Positions 40,674 to 49,661 of a stretch of 64,000 nucleotides of DNA are shown piece after piece. The DNA is taken from NCBI GenBank assembly GCA_040388155.1, contig JAZKCJ010000009.1:202028-266027 (forward strand). Direction: 5' to 3'. Below the pieces are notes generated by a model, which was given only the letters and a program-made list of their open reading frames with translations, had not been told where the DNA came from and searched no databases. The translations under genes and the position numbers were made by a program. Position 1 is the first letter of the stretch, and each line of letters opens with the position of its first letter. Source of the DNA: Pseudomonadota bacterium. Lineage in GTDB: Bacteria > Pseudomonadota > Alphaproteobacteria > Sphingomonadales > Sphingomonadaceae.

Positions 40674-41451
40674 CGCGCAGGCTTGTGCCGTCGGACGGGC
40701 GGCGCGACAAGGGTGTGTGGCGCGGTTTCTCGATCCGTTGCGTGTTGTCGCCAATCTCGCGCTGCCGCCGCGCTGCCCCGGTTGTGGTGCGGTGACGGGG
40801 GAGGACCATCGCTTCTGCGCGGCCTGTTGGGGGGAATTGCGCTTTCTCGGCCCACCCTGGTGTGCCGCTTGCCACGCGCCTTTCGCCTATGATCTTGGGC
40901 CTGGCGCACTGTGTGCCGCGTGCCATCGGCAGCCGCCGCGTCATGCCGGCGTTCGTGCTGCCGTTGCCTATGGGGATGTCGCGCGCACCGTCGCGCTACG
41001 GCTCAAATATGGCGGGCGCACTGCCTTTGCCGAGACGGTTGCCCGGCAGATGACGCGGCTGATGCCGGAGGGCGCTGAACTGCTCGTGCCGGTTCCGCTT
41101 CACCGCTGGCGTATCTGGTCGCGCGGATTCAACCAGGCGGCGCTGATCGCCCGGGCGCTGACGCGGGCATCGGGTGTCGCGAATGACCCGATGTTGCTTC
41201 AGCGTGTCCGGGCTACGCCACCCCTGCGCGGGATGGGCGCGCGGGGCAGGGCGAAGACGGTATCCGGGGCCTTTCATATCCCGGCCCATGCCCGCGAAAG
41301 GGTGCGCGGCAAGTCGGTGGTGCTGGTCGACGATATCCATACCAGCGGGGCGACCGGCGATGCCTGTACACGGTCGCTGCTTCAAGCCGGCGCCGCCAGC
41401 GTCGCCATCCTGTGCTGGGCACGGGTGCTCGATCCGGCTGCTGACGATTGA
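40666..41451 (+). CDS. ComF family protein (phosphoribosyltransferase domain)
   Basis: N-terminal Cys pairs (CPGCG, CAACW) and the VLVDDIHTSGAT PRT motif. ATG 40666 lies within ORF 40198..41451. Confidence 0.8.
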   Translation: MLTAQACAVGRAARQGCVARFLDPLRVVANLALPPRCPGCGAVTGEDHRFCAACWGELRFLGPPWCAACHAPFAYDLGPGALCAACHRQPPRHAGVRAAVAYGDVARTVALRLKYGGRTAFAETVARQMTRLMPEGAELLVPVPLHRWRIWSRGFNQAALIARALTRASGVANDPMLLQRVRATPPLRGMGARGRAKTVSGAFHIPAHARERVRGKSVVLVDDIHTSGATGDACTRSLLQAGAASVAILCWARVLDPAADD

Positions 41452-41482
41452 CAAGCGGCCGGGCCGCCCACATTTCGGAATC

Positions 41483-41740
41483 ATGGCAAAGATCGAAATC
41501 TACACCAAGGCTTTCTGTCCCTATTGCACGCGGGCGATGCGCCTGCTCGAAGGCAAGGGCGTCGAGGTCGAGGAATTCGACATCACCATGGGCGGCCCGA
41601 AGCGTGCCGAGATGCTGCAACGCGCGAACGGTCGCAGTACCGTCCCGCAGATTTTCATCGATGGAAAACATGTCGGCGGATCTGACGATCTCGCCGCGCT
41701 CGACCATGAGGGCAAGCTCGACGCGTTGCTCGCGGCATGA
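41483..41740 (+). CDS. grxC: glutaredoxin 3
   Basis: 85-aa product with CPYC active site, TVPQIFI and GG motifs. Confidence 0.9.
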   Translation: MAKIEIYTKAFCPYCTRAMRLLEGKGVEVEEFDITMGGPKRAEMLQRANGRSTVPQIFIDGKHVGGSDDLAALDHEGKLDALLAA

Positions 41741-42561
41741 GGATCGCGCTGCTCCAGATGACGACGGGGATCGACCCCGCCGCCAATGCCCGCACCATTA
41801 CCGATGCGATCGCTGAAGCGGCGAAGGGCGGTGCCGCGATGCTGTTCACGCCCGAGATGTCCGGCCTGCTCGACAGCGATCGTGCCAGGGCTGCGAGCCA
41901 TCTTCGCGCCGAGGCGGATGATGCCGTGCTGGCGGCGGTGCGCAAGGCAGCCGCGGAGCAGGGCATCTGGGTCCATCTCGGCTCGCTCGCGGTGCGCGGC
42001 GATGACGGCAAGCTTGCCAATCGCGCCTATGTGATCGATCCGCAGGGCGCGGTCCGCGCGCGTTACGACAAGCTTCATCTGTTCGATGTCGATTTGCCGA
42101 CGGGTGAAAGCTGGCGGGAATCGGCCTCCTATACGCCGGGCAGCGGCGCGGTGGTCGTCGATACGCCGGTCGGGCAGGTCGGGCTCGCCATTTGCTACGA
42201 CATGCGCTTCCCTGACCTGTTCCGCGCGCTGAGCGACGCAGGGGCGACCGTTCTCGCCGTACCGGCTGCCTTCACCCGGCCGACCGGGGCTGCGCACTGG
42301 CATATCCTGTTGCGTGCCCGGGCGATCGAGGCAGCCGCCTTCGTCGTCGCGGCGGCGCAGACCGGGGTGCATGAGGACGGCCGGGCGACCTATGGTCATT
42401 CGCTGGTGATCGATCCCTGGGGCGAGGTGTTGCTCGACATGGGCGAGGAGCCTGGCCTAGGCTTTGCGGAGATCGATCCCGCACGTATCGCCGACGTCCG
42501 CGCGCGCATTCCGGTGCTGGCGCATCGGCGCCCGATCCCCGTGGTCGAGACGGCATCGTGA
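41737..42561 (+). CDS. carbon-nitrogen hydrolase (nitrilase superfamily) protein
   Basis: 274-aa product. GLAICYDMRFP contains the catalytic Cys context. Confidence 0.85.
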   Translation: MRIALLQMTTGIDPAANARTITDAIAEAAKGGAAMLFTPEMSGLLDSDRARAASHLRAEADDAVLAAVRKAAAEQGIWVHLGSLAVRGDDGKLANRAYVIDPQGAVRARYDKLHLFDVDLPTGESWRESASYTPGSGAVVVDTPVGQVGLAICYDMRFPDLFRALSDAGATVLAVPAAFTRPTGAAHWHILLRARAIEAAAFVVAAAQTGVHEDGRATYGHSLVIDPWGEVLLDMGEEPGLGFAEIDPARIADVRARIPVLAHRRPIPVVETAS

Positions 42562-43019
42562 TCGTCTTCGACCTGCGCTGTTCCGGCGAGCATGTGTTCG
42601 AAGCCTGGTTCGCCTCGAGCGGCGCGTTCGAGGACCAGCGCGCTCGTGGGCTATTGTCGTGCCCGCTATGCGGCGATGCCGATATCGGCAAGGCGGTGAT
42701 GGCGCCGAATATCCCGGCCAAGGGCAATCGCAAGGATCCGGCCGCGCCAGCGACCGCGACTGGCGCCGAGGCCCCGACGCCCGCGGCGATGAAGGCGGCG
42801 ATCCGGGCCCTTGCCGAGGCGCAGGCCAGGGCGCTCGAAAAATCCGAATGGGTCGGCCGGGCCTTCGCTGACCGTGCCCGCGCGATGCATGCCGGTGACG
42901 CCGATCCGGCGCCGATCCATGGTGAAGCGACAGTAGGCGAGGCCAAGGCCCTGGCCGAGGAGGGCGTGGCGATCGCGGCGCTGCCATTTCCGGTGGTTCC
43001 GCCGGAAGCGATCAACTGA
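42558..43019 (+). CDS. DUF1178 family protein
   Basis: The MIVFDLRC..HVFEAWF...CPLCG N-terminus is typical of DUF1178. Confidence 0.75.
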   Translation: MIVFDLRCSGEHVFEAWFASSGAFEDQRARGLLSCPLCGDADIGKAVMAPNIPAKGNRKDPAAPATATGAEAPTPAAMKAAIRALAEAQARALEKSEWVGRAFADRARAMHAGDADPAPIHGEATVGEAKALAEEGVAIAALPFPVVPPEAIN

Positions 43020-43088
43020 AGCGGTAATTGCGCAAGGGCTTCCTGCGCGATTGACCCGTGAAGGGCCAATCTCTACGACCCGGCTCGC

Positions 43089-43165
43089 GCCCCCGTAGCT
43101 CAGCAGGATAGAGCGACGGTTTCCTAAACCGCAGGCCGGTGGTTCGAGTCCACTCGGGGGCACCA
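43089..43165 (+). tRNA. tRNA-Arg (anticodon CCU)
   Basis: Manual cloverleaf. Acceptor GCCCCCG/CGGGGGC, D arm GCTC..GAGC, anticodon loop TTCCTAA, T arm GGTGG-TTCGAGT-CCACT, encoded CCA. Confidence 0.9.
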
Positions 43166-43212
43166 GCATCGCCTGCGCAAGCGGTGCCCGCCGGAGTGGC
43201 TCCTTGAGGCGC

Positions 43213-43485
43213 TTATGCCTTGACGTGCTGTGCGATGTACTTGTTCATCTCGAACATCGTGACCTTGTCGCGACCGAACACCTTCTTGAGCTTGTCGTCA
43301 GCGAGGATCTCGCGCTTGTTCGCCGGGTTCTGCAGGTTGTTTGACTTGATATAGTCCCATACCTTGCTGATCACCTGGCTGCGCGGCAGCTTGTCGTTGC
43401 CGACGATCGCGCCCAGCTCCGGGGACGGCTGCACAGGCGCATGGATGCCGCCGGTCTTGGGAGCTGCCGTGGGTTCTTTCGCCAT
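43213..43485 (-). CDS. SWIB/MDM2 domain-containing protein
   Basis: 90-aa product. The LPRSQVISKVWDYIKSNNLQNP...ILADDKLKKVFG sequence is the SWIB fold signature. Confidence 0.85.
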   Translation of the reverse strand: MAKEPTAAPKTGGIHAPVQPSPELGAIVGNDKLPRSQVISKVWDYIKSNNLQNPANKREILADDKLKKVFGRDKVTMFEMNKYIAQHVKA

Positions 43486-43675
43486 AAAATGTCCTTCCTG
43501 ATGTGTCGTTCATGTCGACATCGGTTTCACGCCTGCTTCAGCGTCTCTCGCTTGTGCGCCGCCTTTTGGGGATTGTCACTCCTTACAATGCGCTAATCCC
43601 CCTCCTTGCGGGCACGGATGGGCCGGTTTTCGACCGGGATGCGACGACAGGAGCGGTTTCGCGATCACCAGGACG

Positions 43676-43708
43676 GAAAAACCCCCTCTTCCGGTTGGAA
43701 AAGGGGGC
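43676..43708 (-). terminator. rho-independent terminator after TonB-dependent receptor gene
   Basis: On the minus strand, CCCCCUUUUCC-AACC-GGAAGAGGGGG is followed by UUUUU. Confidence 0.85.
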
Positions 43709-43747
43709 GATTCCGCCGGCGCGCCGGCCGGGACGGGCAGGGCGGTA

Positions 43748-46348
43748 TCAGAAGCTCTTGCGGAGCGTCCCGCCGAAGGTGCGCGGCTGGTTCGGATAGC
43801 CGCTGTAGCTGCCGTCCTGCGCCACCGTCGGGAAGGTCGAGATCAGGTAATTGTCCTGGGTGAGGTTGCGGACCCAGAACATCAGCTCGAGCTTGTTTGC
43901 CTTGCTCTGGAACCCGAGGCTGGCGTTGATCGTGTTCTGCCCATAGGTCGACAGGTTCGGCGGCGTGGTTTCGGTGAGCTGGAACTTGCTGGCATAATTA
44001 TATTCGCCGCGGAGATAGGCGCTGACGTCGTTGGTGAGATTGTGCGACAGCGTGGCCGAGGTCGAGAAGCTCCAGGTCGGGATGCCCGCCGGCTTCTGGC
44101 CGGACAGATCGCGGAACGACGGACGAAGTCCCGTCGCCGGATTGATCGGGCACCGGGTGGTATCATAGTTCACGCACGGGGCGCCGGTGAAGGAATCATA
44201 TTTCGGATCGAGGTAGGTGACCGAGCCGGTGAGGGCGAGGGCCGAGACAGGGCTGTAGGCCGCGTCCACTTCGAAGCCGCGGACCGATTCCTTGCCGGCA
44301 TTGACCAGGCTGTAGCCGAGGCCGGTAAAGGCGTTGGACTGGAAGCCCTTGATCGACTGCTTGAACACCGCAAGGTTGAAATAGCCGCCACGGAACTTCG
44401 CCTTGGCGCCCGCTTCATAGACGGTGACTTCTTCAGGAGCGGCCGACCGGCCGACGCCGTTCAGCGGCGGGCGGCTGTCCGACGACAGGTTGACCGCGCT
44501 TGCCTTCCAGCCGGTCGAATAGCTGACATAGACGTTCACGAAATCCAGATCATAGGCGGCGCGTGCCGCATAGGTGACCTTGTCGCCCTTGAAGATGCCG
44601 GATTCATTGGCGTTCGGATAGTTGACGGGCCCGTGATTGGGCGTGTTGGCGTAGAAGAACTGCAGGGCGTTCAGGGCGAAGGGGTTGGTGCCCGCCAGCG
44701 AACCGGGGCACGGCGCCGAGCCGGGCCCGGGCAGCGATGCGCCGAGGCTGGCACCGAACAGGTTCACCGGCACGCGTCCACCGGTCGATGCCGGATTGAA
44801 GCCCTTCTGCAGCAAGCAGCCCGAGAGCGACGCTGGAAGCGCCGCGAACGGGAGGAAGCCAAGCCCGGGGACGTTCTCGAGGTTCAGGGCGGAGAATTTG
44901 TCGTTCATCACGACGTTCGACACCACCGCCTTGCGATCGTTCATATAGGCGATGCCGCCCGTCAGGGTCAGGCGATCGGTTACCTTGAAATCGGCCTGGC
45001 CGAAGAGCGAATAGGACCGCTGCTTCATCTTGTAGTTGTCGGCAATGCCCTGGCCGGGGGTGAAATAGGTGCCCCCCGGAATGATCGACGGGTTGGTCGC
45101 GTTCTGTAGCGCTTCGAGCCCGGTGATCAGTCCACCCGAGAGCGCGTTGACGAAAGCGCGCGCGTCCTTGCCGAAGCGGATGTCGCGGCCGGTGGTCAGC
45201 CTTTCGTCCTGATAAAAGCCGCCGACCAGCCAGCTCAGCCGGCCATCTCCGTTCGACGCCAGGCGGAATTCCTGGGTGAAGGTCTTGGCGTTGTTGGCCG
45301 TGATGTTGTTGGCGATATCCGCGGCGGTGAAGTCGATATCCTGGTTCGACTGGTTGATCTGGTTGCGATAGGCGGTGATCGAGGTCAGCTTCGCGAAGCC
45401 GAGGTTCCAGTCGACCTGGCCCGAAACGCCCTTGCCGACGATGCGGTTATACGGATCGGTGTTGAAGATCACGTTGCGGTCGAAGATCTTGGTCGTGTCC
45501 GAGACGGCGAAGCCAAGCGCCTTGATCGCCTGGGTGGCGGGGCCGTTGTAGATCGAGGTGACGCCGCAACACACTTCCTTGATGATGTTGTAGTCGCCGA
45601 TGATGCGGATCGAGAAGTCCGACGACGGCTCGAACAGGATGTCGCCGCGGACCGACCAGCGATGGCGGTTGTTGACGTCGCTGCCGGTGGTCAGGTTCTT
45701 GAAATAGCCGTCACGCTCGTTGAGGCTGCCCGAGACGCGGAAAGCGAGGCTGTCGGTGAGCGGGCCGGTAATGGTCGCCCGGGTCTGCATCAGGCTGTAA
45801 TTGCCGACGCTGATCTCCGCCTTGCCGCCCCACTCGAACGACGGGCGCTTGGTCACGATGCTGATCGCACCTGCCGACACGTTCTTGCCGAAGAGGGTCG
45901 ATTGCGGGCCGCGCAGCACCTCGACGCGTTCGATCTCGGGCAGATCGTCGAGCGCGGAGGCGGAGCGCGACCGGTAGACGCCGTCGACGAACACGCCGAC
46001 CGAGCTTTCGATACCGTCATTGCCGTTGCCGTTGCCGAAGCCGCGGATGATGAAGTTGGTCTGCCCTGCCGCGTTGAACTGAGCGACCTTGAGCGACGGC
46101 ACGACCGACTGAAGGTCGATCAGGTCGCGGATCTGGGCTTTCTCGATCGTGGCGCTGCTGGTGACCGACACCGAGATCGGCACGTCCTGAAGCGTCTGCT
46201 CGCGCTTGGTGGCGGTGACGATGATGTCGTCGCTGTCGTTCAGCGTCGACCCGTCCTGGCTGGCCGGGGCAGGCGTGCTTTGCGCGAGTGCGGGCGTGGC
46301 GTAGAGCAATGCGATGGCCGACGCGGCAAGCAGTTCGAATTTCTTCAT
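43748..46348 (-). CDS. TonB-dependent outer-membrane receptor
   Basis: 866-aa product with signal peptide, plug domain (DIIVTATKREQ), beta-barrel and a terminal aromatic F. Confidence 0.9.
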   Translation of the reverse strand: MKKFELLAASAIALLYATPALAQSTPAPASQDGSTLNDSDDIIVTATKREQTLQDVPISVSVTSSATIEKAQIRDLIDLQSVVPSLKVAQFNAAGQTNFIIRGFGNGNGNDGIESSVGVFVDGVYRSRSASALDDLPEIERVEVLRGPQSTLFGKNVSAGAISIVTKRPSFEWGGKAEISVGNYSLMQTRATITGPLTDSLAFRVSGSLNERDGYFKNLTTGSDVNNRHRWSVRGDILFEPSSDFSIRIIGDYNIIKEVCCGVTSIYNGPATQAIKALGFAVSDTTKIFDRNVIFNTDPYNRIVGKGVSGQVDWNLGFAKLTSITAYRNQINQSNQDIDFTAADIANNITANNAKTFTQEFRLASNGDGRLSWLVGGFYQDERLTTGRDIRFGKDARAFVNALSGGLITGLEALQNATNPSIIPGGTYFTPGQGIADNYKMKQRSYSLFGQADFKVTDRLTLTGGIAYMNDRKAVVSNVVMNDKFSALNLENVPGLGFLPFAALPASLSGCLLQKGFNPASTGGRVPVNLFGASLGASLPGPGSAPCPGSLAGTNPFALNALQFFYANTPNHGPVNYPNANESGIFKGDKVTYAARAAYDLDFVNVYVSYSTGWKASAVNLSSDSRPPLNGVGRSAAPEEVTVYEAGAKAKFRGGYFNLAVFKQSIKGFQSNAFTGLGYSLVNAGKESVRGFEVDAAYSPVSALALTGSVTYLDPKYDSFTGAPCVNYDTTRCPINPATGLRPSFRDLSGQKPAGIPTWSFSTSATLSHNLTNDVSAYLRGEYNYASKFQLTETTPPNLSTYGQNTINASLGFQSKANKLELMFWVRNLTQDNYLISTFPTVAQDGSYSGYPNQPRTFGGTLRKSF

Positions 46349-46573
46349 GATGAGATCCCCTCTTGGCCAGCCCGCCGGTCTTATGCCAACTGAGCATTGT
46401 TCGTAATCAAGGTATGCGAATTCTGCGTCGCGGTGAATCGGTCGTCAATGGCAGAATCGAAGGAAAACAGCGGGGTTGCACAGTTGTTGCCCAAATGAGA
46501 CAGTTTCGGAATCGAACTGAGATCGCACAAAGCGAGATTGCCGTAACGTCAGGTTCGAATAAGGCCTAAAGAA

Positions 46574-47200
46574 ATGAGTATTGAACATCGCCCTGGCGGG
46601 CCCGAAAACGGCGACCTCGTCACCGAAACGCCAAAGATCCCCGTGCCGGACGAAGTCGCGGAGGCGGTACGCACCCTGATTCGATGGTCGGGCGATGATC
46701 CGACGCGCGAAGGGCTGCTCGATACGCCGCAGCGCGTGGCGCGCGCCTGGAAGGAATATTGTTCGGGGTACAGCGACGATCCCGCGCATCATTTGTCGCG
46801 CATCTTCGAGGAAGTCGGCGGGTATGACGAGATCGTCCTGCTGAAGGACATCCCTTTCCAGTCGCATTGCGAGCATCACATGGCGCCGATCATCGGCAAG
46901 GCGCATATCGCCTATCTGCCGGGCAATTATGTCGTCGGCATCTCGAAGCTGGCGCGCGTGCTCCACGCCTTTGCCCGGCGCCTTCAGGTGCAGGAGCGGC
47001 TGACCGCCGAGGTGGCGGATTGCATCTGGGAGAATCTCAAGCCGGTCGGCGTCGCCGTGGTGATCGAGGCGAGCCATGCCTGCATGACGGCGCGGGGCGT
47101 GCGGACGCCGGGCGTCTCCATGGTGACGAGCCGGATGATGGGGGTGTTCCGCGAGGACGACCGCAGCCGCAAGGAAGTGCTCGCGCTGATGGGGTATTGA
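46574..47200 (+). CDS. folE: GTP cyclohydrolase I
   Basis: CEHHMAP and ASHACM motifs. Confidence 0.95.
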   Translation: MSIEHRPGGPENGDLVTETPKIPVPDEVAEAVRTLIRWSGDDPTREGLLDTPQRVARAWKEYCSGYSDDPAHHLSRIFEEVGGYDEIVLLKDIPFQSHCEHHMAPIIGKAHIAYLPGNYVVGISKLARVLHAFARRLQVQERLTAEVADCIWENLKPVGVAVVIEASHACMTARGVRTPGVSMVTSRMMGVFREDDRSRKEVLALMGY

Positions 47201-47203
47201 GCG

Positions 47204-47980
47204 GTGGCGGATATGGTGCGGACGGTGCTGGTGACAGGCGCGCCGCGTCGGATCGGCGCGGCCATCGCGCGGCATCTGGGCGCGGGCGGCTGGCGGGTAG
47301 CGATCCATCACCATCATTCAGCGGGCGAGGCCGAGGCGCTCGCGGCTGAGCTGCCGGGCGCCTGCGTGCTGACGGGCGATCTCGCGGCGGCGAGGACGGC
47401 AGCCCGGCTGGTGGCGGAGGCCCGGGCGGCGTTCGGCGGGCCGCTCGGCGCGGTGGTGAACAATGCGTCGCTCTTCACTTATGACCGTCCTCCGTCGATC
47501 GACCCGGCGATGCTGCGCGGCCACGCGGTGGTGAATCTCGACGCGCCGGTGCTGCTTGCGTCGGCGCTGGCGGCGCAGGAGGACCTGGCGGCCGGCGCGG
47601 TGGTCAACATCCTCGACCAGAAGCTGGCCAATCCGAATCCCGACTTCTTCTCGTATAGCTGCGGCAAGATCGCGCTTGGCGGCGCGACGGCGATGCTCGC
47701 CCAGGCGCTCGGGCCGCGGATCCGGGTCAACGCCGTGTCGCCGGGGCTGTCGCTGCCAAGCCTGGACCAGAGCGACGCCGAGTTCCGCGCGGTGGCAAGC
47801 GAGAATCTGCTGCGGCGCCCGGTCGATGTGATGTCGATCGCCGAGGCGGTCGAATTCCTGCTGACCGCGCGGGGAATCCATGGCCAGAATATCTTCGTGG
47901 ACAATGGCCAGCATTTCCTGCCGCGTGACGGCGACGTGATGTTCGAGACACGCCGGACACGCGAGCCGGTGCATGGCTGA
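47204..47980 (+). CDS. short-chain dehydrogenase/reductase, pteridine-reductase-like by context
   Basis: TGAPRRIG Rossmann motif and YSCGK (YxxxK). Lies between folE and folB. Confidence 0.8.
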   Translation: MADMVRTVLVTGAPRRIGAAIARHLGAGGWRVAIHHHHSAGEAEALAAELPGACVLTGDLAAARTAARLVAEARAAFGGPLGAVVNNASLFTYDRPPSIDPAMLRGHAVVNLDAPVLLASALAAQEDLAAGAVVNILDQKLANPNPDFFSYSCGKIALGGATAMLAQALGPRIRVNAVSPGLSLPSLDQSDAEFRAVASENLLRRPVDVMSIAEAVEFLLTARGIHGQNIFVDNGQHFLPRDGDVMFETRRTREPVHG

Positions 47981-48344
47981 GGGCGTGCGGTTCACCACGA
48001 TCCTGGAAGGGCTCGAGCTCGTCATGGGCCTGGGCATCCATGCCGAGGAACTGGCCGGGCCGCAGCGGGTGATCGTTTCCGTGCGGATGGAGGTCGATTA
48101 TCCAACGCCGCCCCGCGACGACCGGATCGAGGAAGTGCTCGACTACGACTTCATCCGCGCGGACATCCGCGCGCTGGTCGCCGGGCGGCATTTCCATCTT
48201 CAGGAGACCCTGTGCGAGGCGGTCGCGGCGTTGTGCCTCGCCGACCGCCGTGTCGCGCAGGTGACGGTGCGGTCGATGAAGCCCGACATCTATCCGGATG
48301 CGGCGGTCGGGTGCGAGATCGTACGGGGCAGGGGCATCGCCTGA
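47973..48344 (+). CDS. folB: dihydroneopterin aldolase
   Basis: 123-aa product of FolB-like size and sequence. The folate gene context fits. Confidence 0.75.
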   Translation: MAEGVRFTTILEGLELVMGLGIHAEELAGPQRVIVSVRMEVDYPTPPRDDRIEEVLDYDFIRADIRALVAGRHFHLQETLCEAVAALCLADRRVAQVTVRSMKPDIYPDAAVGCEIVRGRGIA

Positions 48345-48797
48345 CCGATCGCCAAGTACTCGCAACGAAGCTGTGTTGGAAAATGCGGCGACCTGCGGAA
48401 AACCGGTAAATATTCCCCGATTTATGCGACCCACCGACGAGGGGAGCGGATTTCGACGTTTCCTGGGGGTTGTACTGGTTCTACTGCATAACGGCGCCAG
48501 GATCAGTTCCGCTACATGCTCCGGGAGGCATCGGGGTGGAAGCCGGACTGGCCACTTTCTACACGAGTTTTCAAATATTTTTGCCAGCGGCATCGGATTT
48601 TCATCCCGCATTACTTGAGAGGCGAAATCTGTTCTTCGAGTGCTGCTCCATCTGCGGGCGGCCCGCGGCGGAGGAACCTCGATGCGATTTCATCACCGAA
48701 GCGGGACGGATTGAATCGCGGGCGGCACGATCGCCGCGAACCGCGTGCCCATCGCGAACGCGCACCCACGGCGTGACGGTGGGCGATGGCGAGCCTG

Positions 48798-48836
48798 GCG
48801 GCACCTCCTTCGGGATATTCCTTCAGGAGGTGCCGC
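48798..48836 (-). terminator. 11-bp GC-rich hairpin just downstream of the hydrolase stop; arms are CACCUCC (anti-SD-like) and GGAGGUG (SD-like), loop carries GAAGGAA on the minus strand
   Basis: Stem GCGGCACCTCC, a 17-nt loop, then stem GGAGGTGCCGC; read directly. No U-tract. Confidence 0.5.
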
Positions 48837-48845
48837 TCCGAACCG

Positions 48846-49544
48846 TCAGCCTTGAGTCGCTTCCGTCGCCGCCTCATCGATCAGCGCCGAAACCTCGGCG
48901 GGTTTCGAGGCAAGCGAGGCGTGACTTGCCGCGAGCGTGATGATCTTGCGGGCACCGAGACGCGCCGCCATCCGGGCCTCGTTCTCCGGGGCGATCATCC
49001 GGTCCTCGCTGGAAATCTGATACCAGGAAGGCTTCTTCTTCCAGGCGGGTGCCGTAATCGTATCGCCGAATGTAGAGGCGAGCGGTGCCTTTTGAGTCAC
49101 GGCCATCACCAGCCCTTCGTCCGGCGTCAGGTCCTGGCAGAAGCTTTCGTGGAATTTTTCGGGCTTCACCCAGAGATATCCATCGCTGTCGGGCGCGAGA
49201 TTGGCTGCGGCCGCGGGCAGATGTTCCTGAGTGATCCCACCCGGGCTTTCTCCAGCATCGGGCGCGAACGCGGCAATATAGACGAGGCCGATGACATTGG
49301 GCAGATCGCCTGCCTCAGTGATGACGGCGCCGCCGTAGGAATGCCCCACAAGCAGCACCGGCCCGTCCTGCTGTGCCACCATCTTGCGGGTGCGCCCGGC
49401 ATCGTCGGCAAGCGACGTGAGTGGCATTTCGACAGCGTGGATCGACGTATATCCCTTGCGGGACAGTTCGACGATCACCTTGCTCCAATGCGCGGCGCCT
49501 CCCCAGAAGCCATGTACCAGGACGATGGTGGGTTTGCTTGTCAT
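48846..49544 (-). CDS. alpha/beta hydrolase
   Basis: 232-aa product with the LVGHSYGG nucleophile elbow (GxSxG). Confidence 0.85.
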   Translation of the reverse strand: MTSKPTIVLVHGFWGGAAHWSKVIVELSRKGYTSIHAVEMPLTSLADDAGRTRKMVAQQDGPVLLVGHSYGGAVITEAGDLPNVIGLVYIAAFAPDAGESPGGITQEHLPAAAANLAPDSDGYLWVKPEKFHESFCQDLTPDEGLVMAVTQKAPLASTFGDTITAPAWKKKPSWYQISSEDRMIAPENEARMAARLGARKIITLAASHASLASKPAEVSALIDEAATEATQG

Positions 49545-49661
49545 TCCCTTGCTCCTCTTGTGTGACTGGTGAAGTAGCCTTTGTGCTCAGGGGCTGGCCG
49601 GCGGTTTGGAGGCGATACCGGCAGCGGGCGGGAAACGGCCGGGCGGCGCGCCCGCAACAAT

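Noticed and set aside
46349-46470. Cobalamin or TPP riboswitch or Fur box upstream of the TonB-dependent receptor
   Set aside because: No B12 box (GCCACUG), no TPP CUGAGA-ACCC context on the minus strand, and no Fur-like palindrome seen.
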